From Psychrobacter sp. DM4 (lineage in GTDB: Bacteria; Pseudomonadota; Gammaproteobacteria; Pseudomonadales; Moraxellaceae), in the NCBI RefSeq assembly GCF_051307035.1, contig NZ_CP195536.1, positions 1 to 32,000 on the forward strand: a DNA stretch of 32,000 nt. Direction: 5' to 3'. This document shows positions 11,582 through 19,649 of this stretch, one piece after another. Both the position numbers and the translations under genes were made by a program. The notes below the pieces were generated by a model. That model saw nothing but the letters and a program-made list of their open reading frames with translations, was not told where the DNA came from and searched no databases. Within the stretch, counting starts at the first letter, position 1; every line of letters begins with the position of its first letter.

Positions 11582-13267
11582 CTACCAAGCAAAAGTTACC
11601 CCGCCGCGCGCGCCGACTTTACCTGTATCAAGACCAAATCCTGCGCCCGCTGAAATCGTCATGCTATCGCTGACGCGTCCAGCAAATGAGGTGCTTAGCG
11701 CTGAGCCATTGTTATAGTATCCTGTACCGAACGTCATAGCGTAGCGCTTGCCTGAAGGTATGACTGGGGTCTCTAACGATAATGCCATCGCGATACCGTC
11801 TTCGGCTTCATCCAAGCGTTCTTCGTGACGGTTGTACTCGCTACGCAAATTCCCAATCTCTCTTGAGTTGTTCGCTGATGCTGTATTTAAATTAGCAACT
11901 TGGGTGTTGGTGTTAGCAAGCTGATTGGCCGTAGCTAGTGAGTCTACGGTGACACTAGCGCCCAAAGTACCGTTACCATCGGTAGTGACGATACTAGTCG
12001 ATCCTGTCTGTGAGGCGGTGCTGGCTTGTATTTGACCTACTCCACCAAGGGCAATCTGGTTATCGTTCGCAGCTGAAGATTGATTACCGATAGCGATACT
12101 GTTTAAGCCACCTGCTGCTGCCGCTTCACCGACTGCGGTAGAGCGTACACCAGTTGCTGATGCCAAATGACCGAACGCTTGTGCGCGCTCAGCACTGGCA
12201 GTCGACTGCCAACCTACTGCGGTAGCGCCAGCTTGCGTGGCTTGAGCTTGAGCGCCAATGGCTGTCGAGGACGTACCAGAAGCAGTCGTTTGACGGACAC
12301 CACTTCTATCTCCTCCTATAGCAACGCCATCAAGACCTGAAGCGACTGAGTTATTACCGATAGCAATTGCATTATCCGATGACGCTGCTGCTGCTTCACC
12401 AACTGCCGTAGAACGCAAACCGCTGGCATTGGCTAAATGACCGAACGCTTGTGCGCGCTCAGCTGTAGCTTCTGAGCGCCAACCGATAGAGGTGGAGCCG
12501 ACGCCTGTGGCATTGGCTTGACCACCGACGGCGGTAGCCGAGTTATTGCCTGCGTTCGCTGTATTACCGATAGCGACGGTATCGTTATCGCCGCCAGCGA
12601 TTGCCGCTTCGCCTACTGCTAGCGATCTTATACCATTCGCCTGAGCCAAATGACCAAAAGCTTGAGCTCTTTCGGCGTTTGCCCCTGACTGCCAACCGAT
12701 CGCAGTTGCACCAGCACCCGTAGCGACTGACTCACCGCCAACTGCTGTTGTGGAGTTGCCTTGAGCACTGGCACCAGCACCAATGGCTACAGCATCGTTG
12801 CCATTTGCATTTGAACCAACACCGTCTTCGTCCAAGTTTCCATCATTGTTTGCGTCGTTGTTACCACCAATAGCGATCGCCCCATTGCCTGTAGCAGTTG
12901 CATCTTCACCAACGGCGACGGATTGAACACCGATTGCAGAAGTCTGATGCCCAAGCGCTGTTGAGCGATTTCCTTGAGTAACCGCCTGCCAACCGATAGC
13001 GGTTGCACCAGGACCACTTGCAGACGATTCACCGCCGACTGCGGTGGTTGAGTTACCATTTGCAGTTGAGTCTGTACCGACTGCGAGGGCATCTATGCCA
13101 GTTGCAGTTGCATTAACACCGCACTCTAAAGCAGTTATTTGATCGCCAGCATTACAGTCTGCAGTTCCATCAGCTGAGGCAGAAACCGATCCTAGCATTG
13201 CAGCGCTAACTGCTAGGGTAAGCGCACTGATCTTAAGTACTGATTTGGGTAGAAAGTCCGTTTTCAT
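11582..13267 (-). CDS. Trimeric autotransporter adhesin (YadA-like head repeats, short stalk, C-terminal membrane anchor)
   Basis: 561 aa. There is a signal peptide 'ALTLAVSAAMLGSVSASA' and repeated A/G/N-rich head units '..ERAQAFGHLA.A.G.RS.AVGEAA..'. A coiled-coil 'NLRSEYNRHEERLDEAEDGIAMALSLETP' is followed by a 4-strand beta anchor ending 'GARGGVTFAW', which is the YadA-anchor hallmark. Confidence 0.88.
   Translation of the reverse strand: MKTDFLPKSVLKISALTLAVSAAMLGSVSASADGTADCNAGDQITALECGVNATATGIDALAVGTDSTANGNSTTAVGGESSASGPGATAIGWQAVTQGNRSTALGHQTSAIGVQSVAVGEDATATGNGAIAIGGNNDANNDGNLDEDGVGSNANGNDAVAIGAGASAQGNSTTAVGGESVATGAGATAIGWQSGANAERAQAFGHLAQANGIRSLAVGEAAIAGGDNDTVAIGNTANAGNNSATAVGGQANATGVGSTSIGWRSEATAERAQAFGHLANASGLRSTAVGEAAAASSDNAIAIGNNSVASGLDGVAIGGDRSGVRQTTASGTSSTAIGAQAQATQAGATAVGWQSTASAERAQAFGHLASATGVRSTAVGEAAAAGGLNSIAIGNQSSAANDNQIALGGVGQIQASTASQTGSTSIVTTDGNGTLGASVTVDSLATANQLANTNTQVANLNTASANNSREIGNLRSEYNRHEERLDEAEDGIAMALSLETPVIPSGKRYAMTFGTGYYNNGSALSTSFAGRVSDSMTISAGAGFGLDTGKVGARGGVTFAW
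12040..13090 (-). repeat. Intragenic tandem repeats of the adhesin head (imperfect units of about 250-270 nt)
   Basis: Near-identical nucleotide blocks recur, for example 'aaatgaccgaacgcttgtgcgcgctcagc' at about 12166 and about 12436, with a diverged copy at about 12648. The boundaries given are approximate. Confidence 0.7.
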
Positions 13268-13480
13268 AAGGTTAAATCCTTTTAAAAAAGCCGTCTTGGC
13301 CTAGTAGATGGTTTGGTAAATTCTGATAGGTCACAATCCTTGCAATATCAACATACTGCGACACAAATGACGCAGTCGTATTCCAATTCTGCAATACGAC
13401 TGTAACACTAATTTTTGGCTATTATTCAACTAATAATGCAGTTTTATTTTGAAAGGTCATTTGAGCCGATGAATAGACAA
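13268..13480 (-). promoter_or_regulatory. Adhesin upstream leader/promoter region, duplicated at 14575-14790
   Basis: It is collinear with the paralog's upstream region. Shared blocks include 'taaatcctttt', 'gcaatatca.catact' and 'tttgagccgat'. The last block sits exactly 203 nt from each start codon (13470 vs 13267; 14777 vs 14574). Confidence 0.6.
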
Positions 13481-13677
13481 CAATTTGCGAAAAGGTCTTA
13501 CTTAAACAAGATATAAGATCAATGTATCACTACTATCTATAAATGAGGTATACATTAGAATCTATTGATTTAGATAAAGATCTCATAGATATACTTTAGC
13601 GAATATCTTTATTCTGCTCACTCACTTATCAGTCAAAACACGAGCTTACAGACTAAACACGCCAACCAAAAAACCCC

Positions 13678-13699
13678 GCAATCGCGAGGTCTTATAGTG
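13678..13699 (-). terminator. Intrinsic terminator of the anchorless adhesin paralog
   Basis: The minus strand reads cctcgc-gatt-gcgggg-tttttt: a 6-bp stem with one G-U pair, followed by T6. Confidence 0.7.
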
Positions 13700-13749
13700 T
13701 TATCTAAACTCATTGGCTGACAGTTATGCCAACGTTAGTAAGTAACGTC

Positions 13750-14574
13750 TTAGCGAACTGATTTGTAGTAGTCAACCAGCATAGTGCCCAAAGTGCCGTT
13801 GTCATCGATAGTCACAATTCTGACCGTACCTGACTGTGACGCGGTGCTCGATTGCACTTGACCGGCACTGCCTAAGACGACTTGGTTGTTGCCTGCTGCC
13901 ATTGCGCCATTACCGATAGCGATGCTGTTCATGCCGCCTGCCATAGATTTATTGCCTACCGCTACCGAATTTGCCCCTTGTGCGGCGGCCGCTTCACCGA
14001 CTGCGGTTGAGCGTACGCCACTAGCGTTGGCGATATGACCAAAAGCTTGCGCGCGTTCGGCAGTGGCTTTGGACTGCCAGCCGATAGAGGTAGAGCCGAG
14101 ACCTGCGGCATTGGCTTCACCGCCGACGGCCGTTGCTGAGTTGAGCCCCGCGTTGGCTTTATTACCGACAGCGACTGTGTCGTTAGTGCCGCCGGCCATA
14201 GCCGCTTCACCAACAGCGGTAGAACGTACGCCAGTTGCCGAGGCTAAATGACCAAAGGCTTGTGCGCGCTCGGCGGTGGCTTTAGACTGCCAACCGACAG
14301 ACGTTGAGCCAAGGCCTGCCGCGTTGGCTTGACCGCCAAGAGCAGTCGCTGAATTAAGACCTGCGTTCGCCATATTACCAATAGCAACGGTGTCATTAGT
14401 ACCACCAGACATAGTGCTATTGCCTAATGCAACGGCAGTACTGCTCATAGCGTTGGCAGTCATTGGTTGAGCCTCAGCGGCAGTGGTCATATTGGAGCAA
14501 GCAGCGACGCCTGCGATTGCTAAAGTCAGTACGCTCATTTTGAGTGCTGACTGTAGTGAAAAGTCCATTTTCAT
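13750..14574 (-). CDS. Anchorless paralog of the adhesin head (YadA-like repeats), probable lipoprotein
   Basis: It has the same repeat unit '..ERAQAFGHLASATGVRSTAVGEAA..' (71 aa / 213 nt period) but terminates at 'NGTLGTMLVDYYKSVR', where the neighbour's stalk begins. There is no coiled-coil or beta anchor. The signal peptide has a lipobox-like 'IAGVAAC'. The start is set at 14574 (MKMDF..) rather than the ORF opening at 14601, by homology with the neighbour's start context 'AAAGGATTTAA..ATGAAA'. Confidence 0.8.
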   Translation of the reverse strand: MKMDFSLQSALKMSVLTLAIAGVAACSNMTTAAEAQPMTANAMSSTAVALGNSTMSGGTNDTVAIGNMANAGLNSATALGGQANAAGLGSTSVGWQSKATAERAQAFGHLASATGVRSTAVGEAAMAGGTNDTVAVGNKANAGLNSATAVGGEANAAGLGSTSIGWQSKATAERAQAFGHIANASGVRSTAVGEAAAAQGANSVAVGNKSMAGGMNSIAIGNGAMAAGNNQVVLGSAGQVQSSTASQSGTVRIVTIDDNGTLGTMLVDYYKSVR

Positions 14575-14790
14575 AATATTAAATCCTTTTAGATAAGCCA
14601 TTTTGGCTCAGATAGTGGTTTAGGCGAATGCTAATAACTCACAAGTAGTGCAATATCAGCATACTTTGCATCAATAATTTGATGACATCTAGAGTCTGCA
14701 ACAGTAATGTAACATTAATTCTGGACCATCATGCAAGTAATGATAGTGTTAAACTCTCAAAGGTTATTTGAGCCGATAAATGGTTGGTTA
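14575..14790 (-). promoter_or_regulatory. Duplicated upstream leader/promoter region (copy 2)
   Basis: See 13268-13480. The homology is collinear over about 200 nt upstream of the start codon. Confidence 0.6.
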
Positions 14791-14829
14791 TAACTCAAAA
14801 AAGCTCGCTATTCACTGATATAAAGGACA

Positions 14830-16005
14830 ATGCCAATGCCATACAATTTTGATGAAATCATCGACAGACGAGATACAGGGTCACTCAAATGGCATTATAA
14901 CGACGATACTATCCCGCTATGGGTCGCCGATATGGACTTCAAGGCTGCAGAGCCAATCTTGAATGCGATTGAGCAGGTGGCGCAGCATGGTATCTTGGGC
15001 TATACCAAACCGATTGAAGCTCTGTATAAAGCGATTATTAACTGGCACGGCAGTCGTTATGATTTAAAGTTGGCTAAAGAAAACATCTTGTTCTCGCCGG
15101 GTGTCGTACCCAGCCTCGCGCTAATGATGCACGTCTTTACTGAGGCAGGCGATGCGGTACTGGTCAACGATCCCATTTATACCCCGTTTATGACCAAGGT
15201 GAAGCAAAATAATCGCACATTGGTGATGTCAGCGCTAAAAGAAATCGAGGATAAATATCAACTTAATTTAGTAGATATTGAAGCCAAGATAATCGATCAT
15301 CAAGTAAAGCTACATCTACTATGTAATCCACATAATCCAGGCGGGCGGGTGTGGACGACAGGTGAGCTTAAAGCACTGCTAGTACTCTGTAAAAAGCATA
15401 ATGTGGCGATTGTCAGTGATGAGATTCATCAAGATTTAACCTTAAGTGGTCATAAGTTTACGCCTTTATTAACGCTAGCAGAAGCCGAAGGTTACGCGCA
15501 TAACGTCGTCAGCCTGACCTCCATGACCAAAACCTTTAATGTAGCGGGTATCAAAGGTTCGATGATATTTGCCAAAGATGAGACGCTGATCAAAAAAATC
15601 AGTCAGCAGCAAAACTTAAATGATGAATATGAGCTAAATTTATTTGCTTATACGGTGATGCAAAGCGCTTATGAAGAGAGCGGCGAATGGCTTGAGCAGG
15701 TACTGGCTTATATTGAAAAAAATATTGAGATTACGATAGACTTCTTAGCAGGGCATCTGCCTGATATCAAGGTAATGCGTCCAGAAGCGTCATATTTGAT
15801 TTGGCTGGACTGCTCAGCATACGGGCAAGATGATCAGGCGCTGTATGACAAACTGCGAGAGGCAAAAGTTGAGCTAAATTCGGGTATTAAATATGGTAGT
15901 GAGGGTCATCTTAAAATGCGTATTAATGTGGCTTGTTCTGAGGCGCTGCTGCGTGAGGGGTTAAATCGGGTTTATAAGGCTTTTAGGGGTGGTATTCAGT
16001 CCTAG
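14830..16005 (+). CDS. PatB/MalY-type PLP-dependent C-S lyase (cystathionine beta-lyase family aminotransferase)
   Basis: 391 aa. It has the N-terminal 'RRDTGSLKW', 'NPHNPGGRVW' and the PLP-lysine motif 'SMTKTFNVAGIKG'. The ATG at 14836 is an alternative start with better spacing to AAGGA at 14822-14826. Confidence 0.88.
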   Translation: MPMPYNFDEIIDRRDTGSLKWHYNDDTIPLWVADMDFKAAEPILNAIEQVAQHGILGYTKPIEALYKAIINWHGSRYDLKLAKENILFSPGVVPSLALMMHVFTEAGDAVLVNDPIYTPFMTKVKQNNRTLVMSALKEIEDKYQLNLVDIEAKIIDHQVKLHLLCNPHNPGGRVWTTGELKALLVLCKKHNVAIVSDEIHQDLTLSGHKFTPLLTLAEAEGYAHNVVSLTSMTKTFNVAGIKGSMIFAKDETLIKKISQQQNLNDEYELNLFAYTVMQSAYEESGEWLEQVLAYIEKNIEITIDFLAGHLPDIKVMRPEASYLIWLDCSAYGQDDQALYDKLREAKVELNSGIKYGSEGHLKMRINVACSEALLREGLNRVYKAFRGGIQS

Positions 16006-16046
16006 TTGTTTCTATATGGATTATCTGCGTAAAAGGGATGAGTAAA

Positions 16047-16229
16047 AAACTTATTAGGTTCAAAAGGCTGCTATTCTTGGCGCAAGAAGCTAGTCGTAAT
16101 GTCTTAGAAGTGGTACTTGCAAACATACATAGCCACCTACCACATTTATTACATTTGCAAGATATAGAAAAGGGTATGGTGGTGATGTTCGAAAGAGTAA
16201 ATTCAGGTTTCGTAGGTAGATGGTTTTAA
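16047..16229 (+). pseudogene. 3'-terminal fragment of a crotonase gene, paralogous to 10660-11490
   Basis: 'LLFLAQEASRN....LANIHSHLPHLLHLQDIEKGMVVMFERV' aligns with the last ~58 aa of the crotonase, 'LLSSAQDASRNGAKAALANIHSYLPHLFYSEDAKEGAMAMVERR'. The nucleotide alignment to 11337-11490 is also visible. About 218 codons of 5' sequence are absent. My count gives 63/160 = 39% GC. Confidence 0.8.
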
Positions 16230-16240
16230 AAACTCTTATT

Positions 16241-19123
16241 TCAGAGTTTAAAATAAACGTTTCCATGATTTAATTCTAACCATGCATCAACTATGAAGTA
16301 TCCGACTTCTTTTTTCTCTATTAATATATCTGGATCTACGTTATTCCAATCAAAGTAGTGTACAACCGTGCCCACTAGTTTTTCTTGTTCCAAAAACTTT
16401 ATTACTTCTTCTGGTTTTAATAATTCGGGTAATTCATTTGAAATTTTATTTTCTAAAATGTACCACTCTTTGTCCTCCCAGATGATGTTAAGCTTGTTTT
16501 GAAAACGTTTGGGTAAAAATGTTGGTTTACATATCTCTTCATAATCGTCAATACGTATAAATAGCCTTGAGCCAGACAAAAACTCTAGAAGGAAGTTCCC
16601 ATATAAGGCTCTATAATGATTTGTACTTGAAAACTCAAAGTAGTTTCTAACCCAATCTAGCCTACCAGATTTAGTATTACCAGGAACTTTAACAAAAGAG
16701 AAATCAGTGTAAAAACTGCTTAAAAGCTTTTTTTCTACAGTAGGACTATCATGGAATGGAATAATTTGAATTGAAGTTGGTTTGGATTTCACTATAGTTT
16801 GTTTATCTACTAGAGATATACCTTGTCTTGAAAACATAAAAGCACTAATGTAGCTATCTTTATGTCTACCAATTTCCCAGTTCAACCTTCTTAGGTTTAA
16901 AGTTTTCTTGATAGTATTTTCAACACTAATAAAGTCTGTTTTAGTAAAGCTTTCAAAGAAAACCTCTATGAGTTTATTTGTTACATCCTTACTTACTTTG
17001 CTTATAAAGCTTGCGTTTGAGTACGTAAGGCTAGTTCTCTGTATATCAAGCGGTACTCGCCCGTCTTGGTCATAAACTACTACAGTTGGATCTTCTGGAG
17101 TTAGTATTTGATGTCCTCTATTCCAAAGGAATTGTATGTTGCTATTGTATTTGACTGAATTTATGAATATACCATTGCATATCAATACTGAGAAATACTT
17201 GTTTGAATGATATTCACTATCTTTAGTTTCGAAACCTTCGTATGACCAAACTACATCGTCAAGTCCTTCAGTTTCCACTCTAAACCAGTTAGTGCCCTCT
17301 AAATTACTTCTAGATTGTGGAACTACTATATTTTGATCCAGAAACTTCGTATGTTTCTCGATAGAACCATTTACCTTAATCAGCTTTCTCTTTACTTTAG
17401 GCACTGATAAACAGTACCAATCCCAAGACTTCGGATTTTTGCTTAAATAATAAACAATATTTTTACTTGTCTTAATTGATATTCTAGTACCTATATGACA
17501 ATTAGTATGAGATATAGTTACAGACTTACTGCCTCGACTACATCGAAACTTCAAACCCTCATGTTCTGGACAACTAATGTGTCTAGTTTCAACCTCTAGT
17601 TCATCACCTAATAGATAAGCTGCTAATAGTCCGATGCCAAATCTTCCAGTACGATGAATGTCTGACCTGCCGTCAGTTTCATGAGTTTTCTTCCATCTAT
17701 CGCTATTTCTAAATGAAGCACCAATGTTCAAAAAGTAGTTTTCAATGATGTCAAGTGTCATACCGACACCGTAATCCTCTACAATCACTTCTCCATAATT
17801 TTCATGTTCAATGACAGATACGCAGACATCGTAGTCATCAGGTTTATCAACAGTAATACCTTGCTTACTGCTTATATCATCAACCTCTAGACATGCATCA
17901 ACCGCATTCTGTACTAACTCTCGAATACCAATTTCAGGTTTATCGCCATAAAGTGGCGCAATTAATAGCTCCATCATTTCTGAATCAGCAGTACGGAATT
18001 TTAAGACTTTTGGAATAAAATCAGGTTTTTTATCTTCAATATAAGTATTGATATCATCTAGTGATGAACGCAAACGACGAATATTGATACCCAAGTTAGA
18101 CATTTCATCGTATCTTCCATAGACTTCACCTAATACAGCCCAAACTTCGTCTAGTTCCCTCTGGATATCACTAAAAAGCCATCTTAAATCTTCAAAAATA
18201 AGTGCATTTTGAGGTTCAGCATCAATAAATAACGCTTCCGGATCTTCGTCTGCATGACTAATCTCTAGAATGGCATCGTGTTTTTTCCACTCACCTTTAG
18301 ATATAGGACTAATTAACGACTTGACGTTCAATAATTGTGAAGGTGCTCTGGTTGCTTGCACTTGAATATAATCAGAGATACGTAGTACAGACATTAAAAA
18401 TGGGACATGAGTATTTAGATGTATTCTTCTCTTTGGATAAGGAATTTTATCAACAGCTTGCCTCAACGACATATTATGACTTTTAGCGATAAAGCCACAT
18501 AAGTCTAAGAAGTGTCTTTTGGGTTCGTCAGATAGCTTAAGAGTTTTTCCATCAGTTCCTGGTACACCGTTAAAAACAATCTCATGCGCAATTCGAGCAT
18601 GATGTCTTCTAACAAATTCACCTATTAGTAATTTATCCCTAGTTGTTAGCTCTATTTTGTTTGCTGGAATATCGCTTACAGGTTTGGTATCGTTGAAAAT
18701 TGATTTAAGCTTATCAGAGTTAAAACGTTTAGCTTCTGCGATATAGTCAGACCACGTTACACTCCATTTAGGTTCTTCACTGACGTATTGAGATTTGATT
18801 GGTGGATAGGTATCTCTTATAAGAGAATAGAACCCATCTTCTGTAATATGCATCGCACAATCATGAAGTAACACAGAAATTATCATTGCTGATACGTCTT
18901 CGGGCGTGATGTTATCCCAACTTTCGTCCGTAATAATACTTTCAGCTGTCGCTAAAACCTCATTCAAATGTATAAAGCTATGGTCAGTATATTCAGGAAA
19001 AAATACTGTTGTGTTCGCATCTAACCAAGGTTTCAGGTCACTTACACTAGCTAAGGTAAAAGAATGAATACTAGAGTCTTTTTTTAGTATCCTTTCCATC
19101 ATGTTAGGAATATTTATTGACAC
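16241..19123 (-). CDS. HD-domain phosphohydrolase fused to a GHKL (Hsp90/MORC-like, HATPase_c) ATPase, with an uncharacterised C-terminal ~400 aa
   Basis: 960 aa. HD motifs are 'DHSFIHLNEV', 'VLLHDCAMH', 'RRHHARIAHE' and 'RISDYIQV'. GHKL motifs are N-box 'IRELVQNAVDAC', G1 'VEDYGVGMT' and G2 'TGRFGIGLLAAY'. The GTG start at 19123 is preceded by AAGGA with a 6-nt spacer. Two 60-nt lines I counted give 30-32% GC. Confidence 0.85.
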   Translation of the reverse strand: MSINIPNMMERILKKDSSIHSFTLASVSDLKPWLDANTTVFFPEYTDHSFIHLNEVLATAESIITDESWDNITPEDVSAMIISVLLHDCAMHITEDGFYSLIRDTYPPIKSQYVSEEPKWSVTWSDYIAEAKRFNSDKLKSIFNDTKPVSDIPANKIELTTRDKLLIGEFVRRHHARIAHEIVFNGVPGTDGKTLKLSDEPKRHFLDLCGFIAKSHNMSLRQAVDKIPYPKRRIHLNTHVPFLMSVLRISDYIQVQATRAPSQLLNVKSLISPISKGEWKKHDAILEISHADEDPEALFIDAEPQNALIFEDLRWLFSDIQRELDEVWAVLGEVYGRYDEMSNLGINIRRLRSSLDDINTYIEDKKPDFIPKVLKFRTADSEMMELLIAPLYGDKPEIGIRELVQNAVDACLEVDDISSKQGITVDKPDDYDVCVSVIEHENYGEVIVEDYGVGMTLDIIENYFLNIGASFRNSDRWKKTHETDGRSDIHRTGRFGIGLLAAYLLGDELEVETRHISCPEHEGLKFRCSRGSKSVTISHTNCHIGTRISIKTSKNIVYYLSKNPKSWDWYCLSVPKVKRKLIKVNGSIEKHTKFLDQNIVVPQSRSNLEGTNWFRVETEGLDDVVWSYEGFETKDSEYHSNKYFSVLICNGIFINSVKYNSNIQFLWNRGHQILTPEDPTVVVYDQDGRVPLDIQRTSLTYSNASFISKVSKDVTNKLIEVFFESFTKTDFISVENTIKKTLNLRRLNWEIGRHKDSYISAFMFSRQGISLVDKQTIVKSKPTSIQIIPFHDSPTVEKKLLSSFYTDFSFVKVPGNTKSGRLDWVRNYFEFSSTNHYRALYGNFLLEFLSGSRLFIRIDDYEEICKPTFLPKRFQNKLNIIWEDKEWYILENKISNELPELLKPEEVIKFLEQEKLVGTVVHYFDWNNVDPDILIEKKEVGYFIVDAWLELNHGNVYFKL

Positions 19124-19193
19124 TGAAAATCCTTAACTTAACTGACTTTTATCATAAAGTCATCGATTGATATTTTGTGAAGCCGCCATAGAT

Positions 19194-19205
19194 TAACAGC
19201 TGTTA
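19194..19205. promoter_or_regulatory. Perfect 12-bp palindrome TAACAGCTGTTA upstream of the HD-GHKL gene (possible operator)
   Basis: Read directly from the sequence, about 70 bp upstream of the GTG start. A second small inverted repeat, gacttt-tatcat-aaagtc, lies at 19144-19161. Function is unknown. Confidence 0.3.
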
Positions 19206-19257
19206 GTTATATAAGTCATTGTAGCGAAGAGAACTAGAGTTGACTTGAATATTAGCG

Positions 19258-19373
19258 CGTAGGGTGGGTTAGCGCAAGCGTAACCCACCGAATTTATAAT
19301 CTTCAATTTTGATGGTGGGTTACGCTTTGTCGTCATTCTCTTCGAGAACTTGACAATGCTAACCCACCCTACG
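19258..19373. repeat. REP/MITE-like nested inverted repeat
   Basis: The outer perfect 16-bp inverted repeat is cgtagggtgggttagc (19258-19273) / gctaacccaccctacg (19358-19373). The inner perfect 12-bp inverted repeat is gcgtaacccacc (19278-19289) / ggtgggttacgc (19314-19325). The 9-mer GGTGGGTTA occurs four times, twice forward and twice reverse. Confidence 0.7.
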
Positions 19374-19461
19374 GCTTACGATGCATAACGAAACCCTGCT
19401 TGTTCTATAAAGGCTGCCCTAAAAAGCGGTTTAGCCGTGACTGACGCGGTATCCTGTGCGA

Positions 19462-19542
19462 CTAAGCGGGTTGCGGGCACTTGGCTAGAGGGGGTCGCTC
19501 GAATGTTGGAACGCCTCTAGCTTTAGTGCCCGCCACGCTTAG
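19462..19542. other. Long GC-rich three-segment hairpin (candidate structured RNA or recombination/repeat element)
   Basis: ctaagcg/cgcttag (7 bp), gcgggcact/agtgcccgc (9 bp) and ctagagg/cctctag (7 bp) stack with small internal loops around a 22-nt apical loop. All 23 pairs are Watson-Crick. No coding potential. Confidence 0.5.
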
Positions 19543-19649
19543 GGGTACAGACACAAGCAGAAGGCGCGATTAGCTCCCCAATATTATCAGCCAAAATCAT
19601 CCCACCTTTTAACTACTCCCAATACGCCGACACCTTAAACTCGCGCAGA

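Noticed and set aside
11354-11717. ORFs 11354-11653 (+) and 11535-11717 (+) spanning the crotonase 3' end, the terminator and the adhesin 3' end
   Set aside because: They read through a strong bidirectional terminator and run antisense to the adhesin anchor. They have no RBS and give implausible products.
12787-14251. Alternate-frame ORFs within the adhesin genes (12787-13092 -, 13962-14213 -, 14063-14251 +)
   Set aside because: They arise from the stop-poor, GC-rich Ala/Gly/Asn repeat DNA. Their products are low-complexity P/Q/L/A strings, and they overlap the strongly supported adhesin frames.
19473-19533. tRNA- or tmRNA-like acceptor. On the minus strand the 7-bp helix ctagagg/cctctag is followed by CCA, with a 'TTCGAGC' in the loop
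   Set aside because: No D-arm, anticodon arm or properly paired T-arm can be drawn. The element is better described as a simple extended hairpin, so no tRNA or tmRNA gene is called.
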